Source of the DNA: Monocercomonoides exilis PA203
Lineage: Eukaryota; Protista; Preaxostyla
Length of the DNA: 64,000 nucleotides
NCBI GenBank assembly: GCA_001643675.2
Contig: LSRY02000071.1
Location: 1-64,000 of the forward strand
Reading direction: 5' to 3'
Positions 36,270 to 48,200 of this stretch are shown in pieces. Position 1 is the first letter of the stretch; every line of letters starts with the position of its first letter. The position numbers and the translations under genes are program-made. Under the pieces are notes generated by a model. The model was not told the DNA's origin. It did not search any database and was given only the letters and a program-made list of their open reading frames with translations.

Positions 36270-37964
36270 GTGAGAGAATCGCATTTCTCATCTGTTTCCC
36301 CATTCCACTCATCGCCCTCCATTTCCTTTGTTTCATTTTCCAAATTATCATTTTTCAACATATCAACAGCAAATGAGGCATGTTCACCTTCAACAACTCC
36401 GTCAATCCAAACATCATGTTTTATGAGCAGCTGCTCCTTTTCATCAGTTTGCGACGCGTATGATGGCGGGATTGTCCCTTCTCTGAACAATCCTTTGGCC
36501 TCTTTGACAACCTCAAACACCTCGTTTGTTGGGTGTTGTCGGACAAAAAACGTTGTATGTGAAGGAAATGCAGATAATAAGAAACAGCCAGAGAGACAAA
36601 GCATTACAGAAAATATAGCGAATACGTTCACTTGGTGCGAGTGGAATGGGTCGAAGGCTACAGGAAATGTTCAAGACGGTTCTGACAGCGGTTCGAATGG
36701 AGGTGCAATTTATATGCATAATCTTAAGTCTGGAGAAATGTTCGTTACGCATTGTGCATTCAATGACTGTTACGCAAGTTGGGATGGAGGGGCCATCATG
36801 GCCCATATAATCAAATCGGTAGACATCAGCAACAACTTTTATAATTCTTGTATTGCTCAAAATCAATGTGGCGGAGGAATGTGTGTTTATGCGATTTCAT
36901 CATGTGTTCGGATCAGCGGATGTGAATTTCAGAATTGCAAAGCAAATTATTATGGAGGAGGGCTTTATCTTGAAAATTTTCAGGTTTCAGGAGCAGGATG
37001 CATCCCAACAGAAAATGGAGAAGGGGAGAGTGCATGTGTGTTCGACTGCAGTTTCACTTCATGCTTTGTTGAAAATGCTAATGGTGGAGGCATGCGTTGT
37101 TATAATATTCCTGTTCAAGTCAAGATAAGGAGCATTCAGTTTATTTCATGCAATGCATCATCAAATGGGGGAGGATTGAGTGCGGATCCACGTATGACAA
37201 CAGCGCCAAAAGATGGATATTATTTTTATTTCTTATTTTTTCATGAATGCAAATGCAGAAATGCAGCCAATCCATATGGGCACGATATGGTATATTTTGA
37301 TTATTACAATGTCTTTTTGTCTTCTGAAAATCCATTTCATGAATGTTACACCACAAATACAGATGAAAAGAGAGTGTGCTATGGATATAATGCATCGAAT
37401 TCTGGGAGTTGGGCATATCAGCACACGGAAAAGAAGGATTGGCTGAAAGACAAGACGATCTATGTTTCTGTGAATGGAAATGATGCATCTCCACTTTGCG
37501 GGGCAAATGAATCAAATCCTTGTCTGACAGTGAAGAAGGCGTTTGAGATGTGTGAGGTGCAGATTAGTTTGGCAATCACATTAATGGATGGGAATCACAC
37601 AAGCGAGGCAACAACAATTGAGATTGGAGAAAAGAAGATTTCAGTTATTGGGACAGGCAAAGAGAAGAGTTCGATTGGAACAGGGGCACTTTCTCCACCA
37701 TCAGCAGCAGGACCGCTGTTCAGTGTGACAACAGGTCACCTTGGTTTATTGCACATGAAGGTTGATTGCAACTCAAGTGCAAATCCTTTTTCACCGAGTG
37801 TGGCTGTGGTGTATGATGGGAGTGGGTCACTCTCATTGGAGGATGTTGTGATCACCACGAGTAAAACAGGAAACTATGTGATGTCTTCGTCAGTGTTTGT
37901 GGTGCCGCTGTCGCAGCTGTCGATGGTTGGTGTGGAGATAACAGATATGAATGTCTCAAAATGA
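36270..37964 (+). CDS. Cys-rich beta-helix surface protein-like, copy E (mosaic)
   Basis: 564-aa ORF; ~36903-37645 is nearly identical to C/D while the N-terminal rungs differ. In-frame TGA at 36258 just upstream; ends abruptly at DMNVSK. Confidence 0.75.
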   Translation: MRESHFSSVSPFHSSPSISFVSFSKLSFFNISTANEACSPSTTPSIQTSCFMSSCSFSSVCDAYDGGIVPSLNNPLASLTTSNTSFVGCCRTKNVVCEGNADNKKQPERQSITENIANTFTWCEWNGSKATGNVQDGSDSGSNGGAIYMHNLKSGEMFVTHCAFNDCYASWDGGAIMAHIIKSVDISNNFYNSCIAQNQCGGGMCVYAISSCVRISGCEFQNCKANYYGGGLYLENFQVSGAGCIPTENGEGESACVFDCSFTSCFVENANGGGMRCYNIPVQVKIRSIQFISCNASSNGGGLSADPRMTTAPKDGYYFYFLFFHECKCRNAANPYGHDMVYFDYYNVFLSSENPFHECYTTNTDEKRVCYGYNASNSGSWAYQHTEKKDWLKDKTIYVSVNGNDASPLCGANESNPCLTVKKAFEMCEVQISLAITLMDGNHTSEATTIEIGEKKISVIGTGKEKSSIGTGALSPPSAAGPLFSVTTGHLGLLHMKVDCNSSANPFSPSVAVVYDGSGSLSLEDVVITTSKTGNYVMSSSVFVVPLSQLSMVGVEITDMNVSK

Positions 37965-39916
37965 ATATTCTTTAAAACTTCTATATCATTTTTATCAAAG
38001 TTATCTTCTATTTCTTGTTCGTTTTCTTCTCAGATTGTTTTTCTTGTTTTTTCGATGCCTGCAACGTGCTGTTATTGCTCTGCGAGAAGGATAAGAGAAG
38101 AGCATAAGAGCTCTGAACACTCATGTTTCAACTAATGATATGTTTGATGCTGCAATAAACAAAAGAGGAGAAGAATCGATTGAGATAAAGATGAACTTGA
38201 AAGGGGTTTAAAATGAGAAATGATAATATTATTTCAACATCACTTCGCATTTCAACTTTCATTTCATTCTTTATTTTCTCCTTTGTCTGGAAAGAAACAA
38301 ATTGACTGTTTATTTCACAAAAACAAGCCACTTTCCAGGAAATCCGACGGATTGAAAATAGAAAGGATGTCTGAGCATGCAATTGATGCTTTATTACAAA
38401 AATGCGATGTGAAGCTTTCTGATTTCCATGCAAAAACATTCAACTTCCTCCAAAGAAATAAAAAATGAGAACAGATTATCAATCGAAAAATAGAAAATCA
38501 AAAAGAAAAACCCGAGTGGTCATTCTCAAGCTGATGTGTGTTTCTCAACAAAAAATCTCAAGTGAAAGAAAGAGAAAGAGAAAGAAAAAGAAAAAGAAAG
38601 AGATAATTATTTCAGGAGCACAAACATTGAGAAAGACAAAAAATGAAAGCGAAGGAAGCTGAATAAATGCAAATCGAAACAATACATACAAGGAAAAAAA
38701 AAATAGAAAAATGAGCATTAAGCAATAAAAAAAAAAAAGATAAAAAAGAAAGAAAAAATATTTTTCAAAAAAACGATATTTAACAATTGGAAAAAGAAAA
38801 CAATATATTTCTTTTTGGAATACAACATCGAAATGAAATGACCAATATTTTTGGCACAAGCAATGCAAACAAATTATCTCTGTTTCAATTGAAATTATTC
38901 AACAGAGAGCATTCTTTGGTGATTTCTGAGCACAGATAAAACAGTTTATGAGGGGGGAAAACGAAACAAACAAACAAACAAACAAATAAATAAATAAATA
39001 AATAAAAACTCAAAAGAAGAAGTGAAAAATAAAGAAGGCTGGAAAATCTGAATTTATTTGAGTGAAAAAAGATAAAAGATAAAATTAATACAAAAATAAA
39101 TACATTTTCAGGATTGAAGCAAAACTTTGGAAACACCAAATAAAATAATTAATAATATTCATTTTGTTAAATATAAAAAGAAATAAAATAAATTCTGCAA
39201 AAGAAAAACAAAACAAAAATGAAAGAGCACAATTGTTTCTTTTGAATGAAAAAGGGATCATCATTTTTGCAGAAGAGCAATTGAAAATAGTGAGGAATGA
39301 ATAAAGTTGCCTCAAACTTTCAACAAAAGAAGCAAATAAACACAGATTATCAGCAAGAAAAAGTATTGAAATAAAAATTGAGAGAAAGAAAGAGAAAGAG
39401 AAAGAGAATAAAAAAATAATAATAAAATGAAATAAAATAAAATTTAAATGCAATCCAAAGCAGAATACACAAGAAGATAAGGAAAGAAGAGGATTGCTCA
39501 AAAAGCATTCAACATCGAGTGGGATTCAAACAAATGAAAAGAAAGAAATAAAAAACAATTGAATGATATGAATAGAAAATAGAAAATAGAAAATTGATAT
39601 AGAAAAGTTAGAAGAAGAAAGAAGATAAAGCAAAAGAAAAGAAGAAGAAGAAGAAGATTATCTGAATAAAAAGAAAATGAAAATGAAAAAAGAACAATAA
39701 AATTTTGATTGGAATAAAAAAGATATCATATAACAAGAATATTCTTATCGAATTGGACAAAACAAAGTTGTGAAGAAAGAAAGAAATTGAAAAAATGTTT
39801 GAAAAAAAGAAAGACAATTTCTTTTTTGTTTTTTCTGCTCAGCATTCATTGAGAATGGAATAAACATTGAGTGAATGAAAACATTCTCATTTTTGTTGTT
39901 AATATTTTCTTTTCTT

Positions 39917-42900
39917 TTATTCTTCCTCTTTCTCCTTCTCTTTCTCCTTCTCCTTCTCCTTCTCCTTCTCCTTCTCCTTCTCCTTCTCCTTCTCCTTCTC
40001 CTTCTCCTTCTCCTTCTCCTTCTCCTTCTCCTTCTCCTTCTCCTTCTCCTTCTCCTTGTATCGATATAACTTCATCCAATTGTTCATCTTCTGTCTGCTC
40101 ATTTCAAACACTTTCGATAAAATCTTCTTTTCTTCTTCTTCTTCTTCTTCTTCCTTCAAATTATTTGTCTTTATTTCTTTTCTTCTTTCTCTTCTTCTTC
40201 TTTTTGGATAGAATACTTCTTCTTCTTCTTCTTTCTTTTCCTTTTCTTCTTCTCTTCCTCTTCTTTTCAAATCACAAATATCCTTCAGAATGCTCAAACA
40301 ATCAGAATTTCTCCTTTTTTCATTGAAATTCGATGAAATTGATGAAAATGAAGAAGAAAGAGAAAGAGTTGCAATTTCATTGAATTTTGATGATTTTTGA
40401 GGGAATATTGAAGATAATGATGAAATTAATGAAATTAATGAAGATGATGAAGAAGATGAAGAAGATGAAGAATGAGCAAGATAAGAAGAAATTCCACATA
40501 AATTGATATCAAAATCTTTCTCATTTGTTTTTCTCTTTTCCTTCTTCTCCTTCTTCTTCTTCACAAAATTCATCATATTCATCCTCATCTCCTTCTCTTT
40601 CTTTTTCTTCATTTCTTCCATTTTTATCATCAAATATATCAATTTCTTCATTATTATCATCTTCTTCTTCTCTTCTTCCTCTTCTTCCTCCTCTTTCTCT
40701 TCCCCTTTCTCCTCTACTTCTTCGTTATCTTTTTCATTTTCTTCTTCTTCTTCTTCCTCCTCCTCTTCTTCCCCTTCCTCTTCCTCTTCCTCTTCCTCTT
40801 CCTCTTCCTCTTCCTCTTCCTCTTCCTCCTCATGTTCTTCTTCTTCTTCTATTCTCAATCTCTTTCTTCTCCGTTTCATTAAACGATCAAACAATTCTTC
40901 TTCCTCTTCCTCATCTTCCTCTTCTTCTTCTTGTTGTTGTTGTTCTTCTTCCTCCTCCTCCTCATCATCATCATAATCTTCTTCATCATCCTCTTCTTCT
41001 TCCAATTCATAATCTTCTTCCTCTAAATCTTCTTCTTCCTCCTCTTCTTCCTCTTCTTCTTCTTCTATTGTTTCATAATCATCTTCTCCTTCTCCTTCTT
41101 CTTCTCCTTCTCTGTTATCCAATGAAATAAACATCTTCCAAAATGTTCTATTAAAATTTTGAATGAAAAATGGAATTATTCTTTTTTCTTTCTTCTTCTC
41201 TTCTTTTTTCTCTTCCTTCTCTTTTATTTCTTTATATTCTTCATATTCTTTTATTTCTTCTTTATCTTCTTTCTCCTTCATTCTCTCTCTTCTCTCTCTT
41301 CTTCTTCTTCTTCTTCTCATCAGCATTTCATTCATTCTTCTGAATATTCTGTTTATTTCTCTCAATTTCTTCTTTCTATTCATTTTATTCATTTTATTCA
41401 TTTTATTCATTTTATTCTTATTCTTCTTATTTCTTCTTCTTCTTCTTCTTCTTCTTCCTTTCTTTTTATTTATTTCTTTTTTTATTTCTTTTGTTTCTTT
41501 CATATTCTTCTTATTCTTCTTATTCTTCATCATTTCTTCGATCTCTTTTATTTCTTCTATTTTCTTCTTCTTCCTCAAAATCGAGTGAAAAGAACGAAAG
41601 AGAAATGAATAGAAGAATTGTGGGCGGAAGAATAGAGATTTGAAAAGGGGAATATTCAACGAGGATGAAGAAGAAAGAGAAAGAGAAGAAAGAGAAGAAG
41701 AAGAAAGAGAAGAAGAAGGAGGAGAAGAAAATGAAGAAGAAGAAGGAAAAGAAGAAGAAGAATGAATATTGCATAAAGAAGAGGAAGATGATTGTATAGG
41801 AGATGTTGATGAAGAAGAAAGATGAGAAGAAAGAGAAGAAGAAGAAGAGGGAAAAGAAGAAGATGATGATGAAGATGAAGAAGATTGTACAGATAGTGTT
41901 GATGATGATGAAGGTAATGTTAATGATTGAGAAGAAGAACTAAATGAAGAAGGAGAAAGAAGAGGAGGAAGAGATAAAGAAAGAGAACAAAAAGATGATG
42001 TTAAAGAAGAAGATGAAGAAATAGAAGAGGAAGAGGAGGAAGAAGAAGAAGATGATGATGATGATGTTGATGTTAATATATCTTTGTCTCTATCTATTAT
42101 TCTACTGCTATTATCATCATCATCATTATCAATATTATCATCATAATTGAAATAAATATTATTATTATTCTCTTCTTCTTCTTCTTCTTCTCTTTTATTA
42201 TCTTCTCCTTCATTATCTTCATTATTATTATTATTATTATTTTGAGTATGAATGTATTCATCAGAAGATGAACTGTTCATGTGAGAGAGGAAGTGAGTGA
42301 AGAAAGAATGAAGAAGGAAGGGAGACAGAGGAAGAGAATATGAAGAAGAAGAAGAAGAAGAAGAAGAAAGAGAAGAGGAAGACGAAGAAGAAGAATTTAA
42401 TGGAGAAGGAGAAATAAATGAAGAAGAAGAAGAAGATGATGATGATGGTGATGATGATGAATTGAAAGAAGAAGAATAAGAAGATAAATAAGATAATGTT
42501 ATTGAAGAGCACAAAGAAGGAAGAAAAGAAGAAGAAGGAAACAAATCAGAAGAAGAAGAGGAAGGTGGAGGAGAAAAGGAAGATGATGATGAAAAAGATG
42601 AAGAAGGAGAAGATGATGATAAAGGAAAAATCGAAGAAGATAATGAAGATGACGAAAAAGATGAGGAAGAAGAAGTAGATGGAGAAGAAGAGGAAGAAGA
42701 AGAAGAGGAAGATGATGATGAAAAAGATGAAGAAGGAGAAGATGATGATAAAGGTATTAACGAAGAAGATAATGAAGAAGAAGGAGAAGAAGAGGAAGAA
42801 GAAGAAGGAGAAAGAGAAGAAGAAGAAGATGATGATGATGATGATGATTGAATAGAAGATGTTATATTTTCATCAGAAGAATAAATATTTTGTGTTAATT

Positions 42901-45277
42901 CTGTCGAAAATGATGGAAAATTTATTTCTCTTTCTCTTTCTCTTTCTCTTTCCTCTTCTTCTCTTATATCAAATAATAATCCATATTTCTCAAATAATTC
43001 ATCATAAAATGAAGAAGAAAAAGATGAAGAAGAATTTGTTGTATTTATTCTCCATCCTCTTCTTCTTTCTCTTCTTTCTTCTTTTTCATAAAAACAATAA
43101 TTAGGAGCAATCATAATATCTTCTTCTTCTTCTTCTTCTTCTCTTTCTTTCGTTTCCATTAATTCTTCCTCTTCTTCTTCTTTTAATTCTTCTTCTTCTT
43201 CTATTTCCATTTTATTTTCTTTTATTTCTTCTTCTTCTTCTTCTTCTTCTTCTCTATTATTATCTAAACAATATAATTCTTCATTTGAAGAAGAAGAAAA
43301 TGAAGAGGAAGAGGAAGAAGAAGATGATGATGAGGAGGAGGAGGAGGAGGAGAAGGAAGAAGAAGAATAAAACGGAGGAGGAGAAAAAGAAGAAGGTGAT
43401 GATGATGATGAATTATTTGAAGATGGAAAAGAAGGAGAATTTGAGGAAGAAGTGGTTGGATTATGTGGAGAAAGAGAAAAAGAAGAATTAGAAGAGGAAG
43501 AGGAAGAAGAAGGAGAAGAAATAGAATTAAATGAAGATGAAGAAGAAGATGATGATGATGAAGGATAAGAAGATAAAATAGAAGATGAAGCAAAAATAGA
43601 ATCAGAAGAAAAATTTGAAGTTGAAATAGAAGGAGAAGAGGGAAAAGAAGCAGAAGTTAACAATGAAGAAGATGAAGGAGAAGTTGAATAAGAAGAAGGA
43701 TAAAACGGAGGAGAAGGGAAAGAAGCAATTGTTGTTGAAGATGATAAAGATGATCCAGAAGATGAGGATGATGAAGTTAAAGAGGAGGAAGAAGAAGAGG
43801 AGGAGGAGGAAGAAGAAAACGAAGGAGTAGAAGAAGAAGAGGAAGAAGAAGGCAAAGAAATTGGTGTTGAAGATGGTACAGAAGATGTTGATGAAGAAGA
43901 AGAAGAAAGAAGAGGTTGATGAAATTGATTCAATTCTTGTGACAAATGTTGATGATGATGACGATGATGATATTCACGATTATTCATATTGTTCATATAA
44001 ATTCTTCTTTTTTTCCCTTTTTCTTCTTCCTCTTCCTCTTCTTCTTCCCTTTCTTTTCCTCTTCTTTCCAATAAAATATCATCTTCTTCTTCCATTTTTT
44101 GTTCATTTTCTTCATTTTTTCTTCTCTTTTCAATCAAACATTTCATTCTTTCTTTCAATTTATCATTTTTCTCTTCCATTTTTTTCATCTTCATCTTTTT
44201 CATCTTTTTCATTTTTTCTTCATATTTTTCCTTTTTCTTTATATTTTCTTCTTCCTCTTCTTCCTCTTCCAAATGAAAAATATCATTTTTTCTTTCCATT
44301 TCCTCTTCCCTTTCTAATTCTTCATTTCGTTCATTTTCTGAATCATTCAAACAAAATCCCAAAAAAGACGAACAAAATGGCAAATCATTTTTCTTCATTT
44401 CTTTTTCATTTCCTTCGTTTTCCTTCGTTTTTCCCTCATCTTTTCTTCCTTCTTCACATCTTTCCTCTTCTTCTTCGCTTTCCTCCTCATCCTCTTCTTC
44501 AAATGCAATCATTTCCTTTCCATTCATCTTTCCTTCCCGATCCTTCTTCTTCCTTCCAATATCCCTCTTTCCATTATCCTTCCATAATTCGTCTTTTCTT
44601 TGATCACTTTCGATCTTTTCGCTTTTTCCGTCTTTCCCTTCCCTCCCACCCAGCAGCCACCCATTCCCCTCCTCTTCCTCCTCTCCCTCTTCTTCCCCTT
44701 CTTCTCCCTCATTTCTTCTCCAATTTCTGTCTGCATTCCTTTCTGCTGAATGCTCCATTAAACAATTCTTCCTCTTTCCATCCCTCTTCCCCCACTTCAA
44801 ATATGACTTCTTCCCATCCCCACCAACCATTTTCCTCTCCCCTCCAAATTTATTTCCTTCACCCCCAAACCAGTTGTCTTCACATTCCCCTTGCCTATCC
44901 CCCACCACAGCCGGTTCTTTCCTATTTGAATATTCCTCCCTCCCTCCTTCTTTCCCCAGACACCCCGTGTCCCTCTCACCTGCACCGCTTCTGCCTTCTG
45001 CTGCGTCTGCCTCTGCTGCCGTGCCGTTCCGCTCGGCTGTCCCTGTCTTATGCCCCCTTTCACCCTCATCCACGAAAAGTGCTTGTCCACACCCATCGAG
45101 CCCATCACGATCCGCCGAGCCATCCTCCCTGGAACAATCATTCTGCGTGCTTGCCGCATAAATTGGCCGTGAGCCGCTTGCTTTGCGCGATCGCGATATA
45201 TCGCCATCAGAAATTTCCATTATCGATCTTGAACTGTAATAAGTTGTTGGGGCAATAAAGATATATTTTGTGGACAA
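39917..45277 (-). CDS. Very long low-complexity protein (alternating Glu/Lys/Arg-rich and poly-Ser blocks)
   Basis: Uninterrupted 1786-codon ORF from an ATG with a non-repetitive N-terminus; no recognisable domain. Confidence 0.5.
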   Translation of the reverse strand: MSTKYIFIAPTTYYSSRSIMEISDGDISRSRKASGSRPIYAASTQNDCSREDGSADRDGLDGCGQALFVDEGERGHKTGTAERNGTAAEADAAEGRSGAGERDTGCLGKEGGREEYSNRKEPAVVGDRQGECEDNWFGGEGNKFGGERKMVGGDGKKSYLKWGKRDGKRKNCLMEHSAERNADRNWRRNEGEEGEEEGEEEEEGNGWLLGGREGKDGKSEKIESDQRKDELWKDNGKRDIGRKKKDREGKMNGKEMIAFEEEDEEESEEEEERCEEGRKDEGKTKENEGNEKEMKKNDLPFCSSFLGFCLNDSENERNEELEREEEMERKNDIFHLEEEEEEEENIKKKEKYEEKMKKMKKMKMKKMEEKNDKLKERMKCLIEKRRKNEENEQKMEEEDDILLERRGKEREEEEEEEEEKGKKRRIYMNNMNNREYHHRHHHQHLSQELNQFHQPLLSSSSSSTSSVPSSTPISLPSSSSSSSTPSFSSSSSSSSSSSSLTSSSSSSGSSLSSSTTIASFPSPPFYPSSYSTSPSSSSLLTSASFPSSPSISTSNFSSDSIFASSSILSSYPSSSSSSSSSSFNSISSPSSSSSSSNSSFSLSPHNPTTSSSNSPSFPSSNNSSSSSPSSFSPPPFYSSSSFSSSSSSSSSSSSSSSSSFSSSSNEELYCLDNNREEEEEEEEEIKENKMEIEEEEELKEEEEEELMETKEREEEEEEEDIMIAPNYCFYEKEERRERRRGWRINTTNSSSSFSSSFYDELFEKYGLLFDIREEEEREREREREINFPSFSTELTQNIYSSDENITSSIQSSSSSSSSSSSLSPSSSSSSSPSSSLSSSLIPLSSSSPSSSFSSSSSSSSSSSSSPSTSSSSSFSSSSLSSSIFPLSSSSPSSSFSSSSSFSPPPSSSSSDLFPSSSFLPSLCSSITLSYLSSYSSSFNSSSSPSSSSSSSSSFISPSPLNSSSSSSSSLSSSSSSSSSYSLPLSPFLLHSFFTHFLSHMNSSSSDEYIHTQNNNNNNNEDNEGEDNKREEEEEEENNNNIYFNYDDNIDNDDDDNSSRIIDRDKDILTSTSSSSSSSSSSSSSSISSSSSLTSSFCSLSLSLPPLLSPSSFSSSSQSLTLPSSSSTLSVQSSSSSSSSSSFPSSSSSLSSHLSSSSTSPIQSSSSSLCNIHSSSSFPSSSSFSSPPSSSLSSSSLSSLSLSSSSSLNIPLFKSLFFRPQFFYSFLFRSFHSILRKKKKIEEIKEIEEMMKNKKNKKNMKETKEIKKEINKKKGRRRRRRRRNKKNKNKMNKMNKMNKMNRKKKLREINRIFRRMNEMLMRRRRRRRERRERMKEKEDKEEIKEYEEYKEIKEKEEKKEEKKKEKRIIPFFIQNFNRTFWKMFISLDNREGEEEGEGEDDYETIEEEEEEEEEEEEDLEEEDYELEEEEDDEEDYDDDEEEEEEEQQQQEEEEEDEEEEEELFDRLMKRRRKRLRIEEEEEHEEEEEEEEEEEEEEEEEEEGEEEEEEEEEEENEKDNEEVEEKGEEKEEEEEEEEKKKMIIMKKLIYLMIKMEEMKKKKEKEMRMNMMNFVKKKKEKKEKRKTNEKDFDINLCGISSYLAHSSSSSSSSSSSLISLISSLSSIFPQKSSKFNEIATLSLSSSFSSISSNFNEKRRNSDCLSILKDICDLKRRGREEEKEKKEEEEEVFYPKRRRRERRKEIKTNNLKEEEEEEEEKKILSKVFEMSRQKMNNWMKLYRYKEKEKEKEKEKEKEKEKEKEKEKEKEKEKEKEKEKEKEKEKEKEEE
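39930..40056 (+). repeat. (TCTCCT)n microsatellite
   Basis: Directly visible, about 21 units; encodes the (KE)n tail of the long ORF. Confidence 0.9.
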
Positions 45278-48200
45278 TCAGCTGCGCCGTTGCCCTCCCA
45301 ATGCCAATTTTTTGTTACATGCATCGCAATGCGCGTGGTAATAATTACTAATGCATTCGTATTTTTCAGGTTTTGAACGGTTTGCAAGCCTTTTTGTTAA
45401 GTTTTTTTTAATATCAATTTTATTTATTATATGTTGAAAATATTTCGATTATACATTTATTGCAGATACTAATAACATTTACTATTCGGATTATCGTAAT
45501 ATTATGAATCCCGAACCTTTATCGATGCGGTTCTTCCTCAGTTTTCTTTTTTTGTATTTATATTTTACTTGATCTCTGAAACGCAGCGTTTCCGCCTTTT
45601 GGCACGGCTTTGTGCGGCTTTACGTGGTGTTTCCTGACTTCCTTTTGGATGAGGCCGCCAAAAATGATCCACGTTGGCCAAATTGGAAATTTTGCTTTTT
45701 TCTTGATTTTCTAACGTTTATACCCTGCAAAAGTTGCTCTCATTGGCACTACTTTCAATTTTACTTTTTGCATACCGGTATGTGAGTTATTCTGTCGCTC
45801 CTGCAGCCTGTTTTTCCAATAATAAGAATTTTCAAAGACCGACAATAACGCAATTAAAGTGTGTAAACGATTTTTGCAAGTTGTTTGATAATGCTATGCA
45901 TTTGCCGTGAAGCATTTATTTTGTGTAAATCTTTTGAAAATAGCCGGCAATTGAATAATTTCTGAAATGCAAAAAAATTATTTTTGAAGTTATTCTGCGT
46001 TGTCTCGCGAATCACATTGATTTGAATTGCAGTTAAACCTTGATTTTTTGATCCAAAATATTCAGCGTCATTTGCGTTATCCAGATATTCCGAAAAAACC
46101 AAAAAATAATGCAAAGTAAGGGTTAACATCAAAGATGATGGTTGTGTTTTTGAACAATTTGATGTGGATATCGTGATTGCTCAATGGTATATTCGTGCGC
46201 AACTTGCGATGCTCTTTATGGATACGTGTGAGCTGAACATTGTTTGTTGTTCAGTCGCATTGGGCAGAGATTCTTTTGTTTGCAGAATTATAAATTGCTT
46301 ATTTTTTTTTTTTTCCACATGTATGAAAGAGCAGCTCTGAATCTCGACGCTGCGCACCGGGTTTGAATTCTTTTGTGAGAATTATTATTTTTCATTTTCA
46401 TTCTTTTTGATTCAAGTTGTGGTTTTATTCATCAAGTCGCAATTAGGCGTTTCTAAATTTGTAACTTAGAGATTGGATTTGCCTCAGAGCCTAAGTGTGT
46501 GTTTTTCCAAAGCACGTTCTGCGTTCTGAGGCAAGTGCATCTCTTTGCTGCTCCAAAGTTTTGCATTACAATGTTATCGATTTTTTAAAGTGAAATATCG
46601 GAATCTAACTGGATTGTGAATGGTTCGCGATGTGCTGCAAAAGCATCGTAATGTATATTATTTTCATTTGATGCGGGGTTTTTTGTGCACTTTTTGACAA
46701 TTCTGCAATTTCGATGCAATATTTTTCAACAAAATATGCAATTGACGAGCATTTATTCGTGTGTGTTCCACACCATCTACAGTACAGCAAGACACCCGCT
46801 CTCTGATCTATTTTCGAACAATAATGAGGCAGTTGAATGGCATTGACTGGCGCCAAATAACATTTAGGTATTTTTTATGTGTATTTAATTCCAAGCCATT
46901 GAGCCGATGGCAAATGCAGAATACTATCCTGCGCTCAGCTTTCTTTCAGTCAGCAATTATTCATGGCGTTCGGGCATCTTCAATCTAATCTGTGCAAGGA
47001 AGCATAAACAATGATATTCTATTTTTTTAGCCTGATTTTTTTTTTGTGAGTGATTTCATCTTTTGAAGAAAATGTTGCATTTACGGGAAGCAAGAATATA
47101 TTTGAGACGAATTTCTAAAAGGGCGACGTATTGTCCAAAAGCCATATATTTTATGATGAAATGTTAGATGGGTTCAATGGAATTATTTGTGTTGATTTTC
47201 TTTTGGATTGATAATTTCACGTGTTTATTTTTATTTTTATTTTTATTTTTATTTTTATTTTTGTTTTTGTTTTTGTTTTCCTGGATTCTTTTTGACGATC
47301 TCATAAGTTTTGAGATTTTCATTTCGTCGAAAAATGCAACGAAAAAATGGGGAAATGGTGGTAATGCGATTGGAGAGGAGGAAATTTTTTGACAAATATT
47401 TCATTTATAAAAACATAAGAAAATCTGAGATGTTGAAATGTGTTTATGCAATGTCCAGGTAAATTTTGGTCTTCCCAATTCAGCCTGTCAAAAAAATAAA
47501 AGAAGAAGAAATGTTTATCTGTTCAAAAAAAAAAGAAAGAAAGAAAGAAAGAAATGTCAATAATCCCACTAAACTTATAAACAAAATATTCCTTCAACCA
47601 CTCACTGTTATTTAACCAAAAAACGAGAGAAAGCAATTTCATAACTTGGAGCAAGAACTCCTAACAAAAGGACTTTTCTGAATTGCCAAGTGCCAGATGT
47701 TTCTGAATGGAAAGTTGAATTCTTTTCAACACATTATTCTCATCCATTGGAAGAAATAATTCAACTTCGGAAACAATAATTCAATTTTTTGGAAAATTAT
47801 TTTTTAATCAGAAATTTCAACTTTTCTAACATTCGGATTTCGGGAATTTTCAAGAAATCATTCAACTAGTTTCATATAATGACTCAAATGTGTTATTCTT
47901 TTTGAGAAGTCACTTTTGTCTGATTTTCAGAGATAAAATAAAAATCGAATCTTTTCATTATTTTTCATTCCCAACGAATTAACTTTCACAAGAATGGAAA
48001 TAAATGCTTGCCAATGTTTTCATGTCTTTGTCATTTCAATTTTGGTGAAATTTGATGAATGAAAATGAAAATTTGATCGATATATGTGACTTTCATTTTC
48101 ACAAGAAAATGAAATTGAAAAAACTTTTCAAAAGAAAAAAAAAATTGTCACTAATTTAAACAATTACTAAAAAAGGGTAAATGAATATTTAAATCAAAAA

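Noticed and set aside
45278-47000. Possible promoter or intron-rich gene in the CpG-richer stretch next to the long ORF
   Set aside because: Only short ORFs with no recognisable motif; I cannot support a gene model without transcript data.
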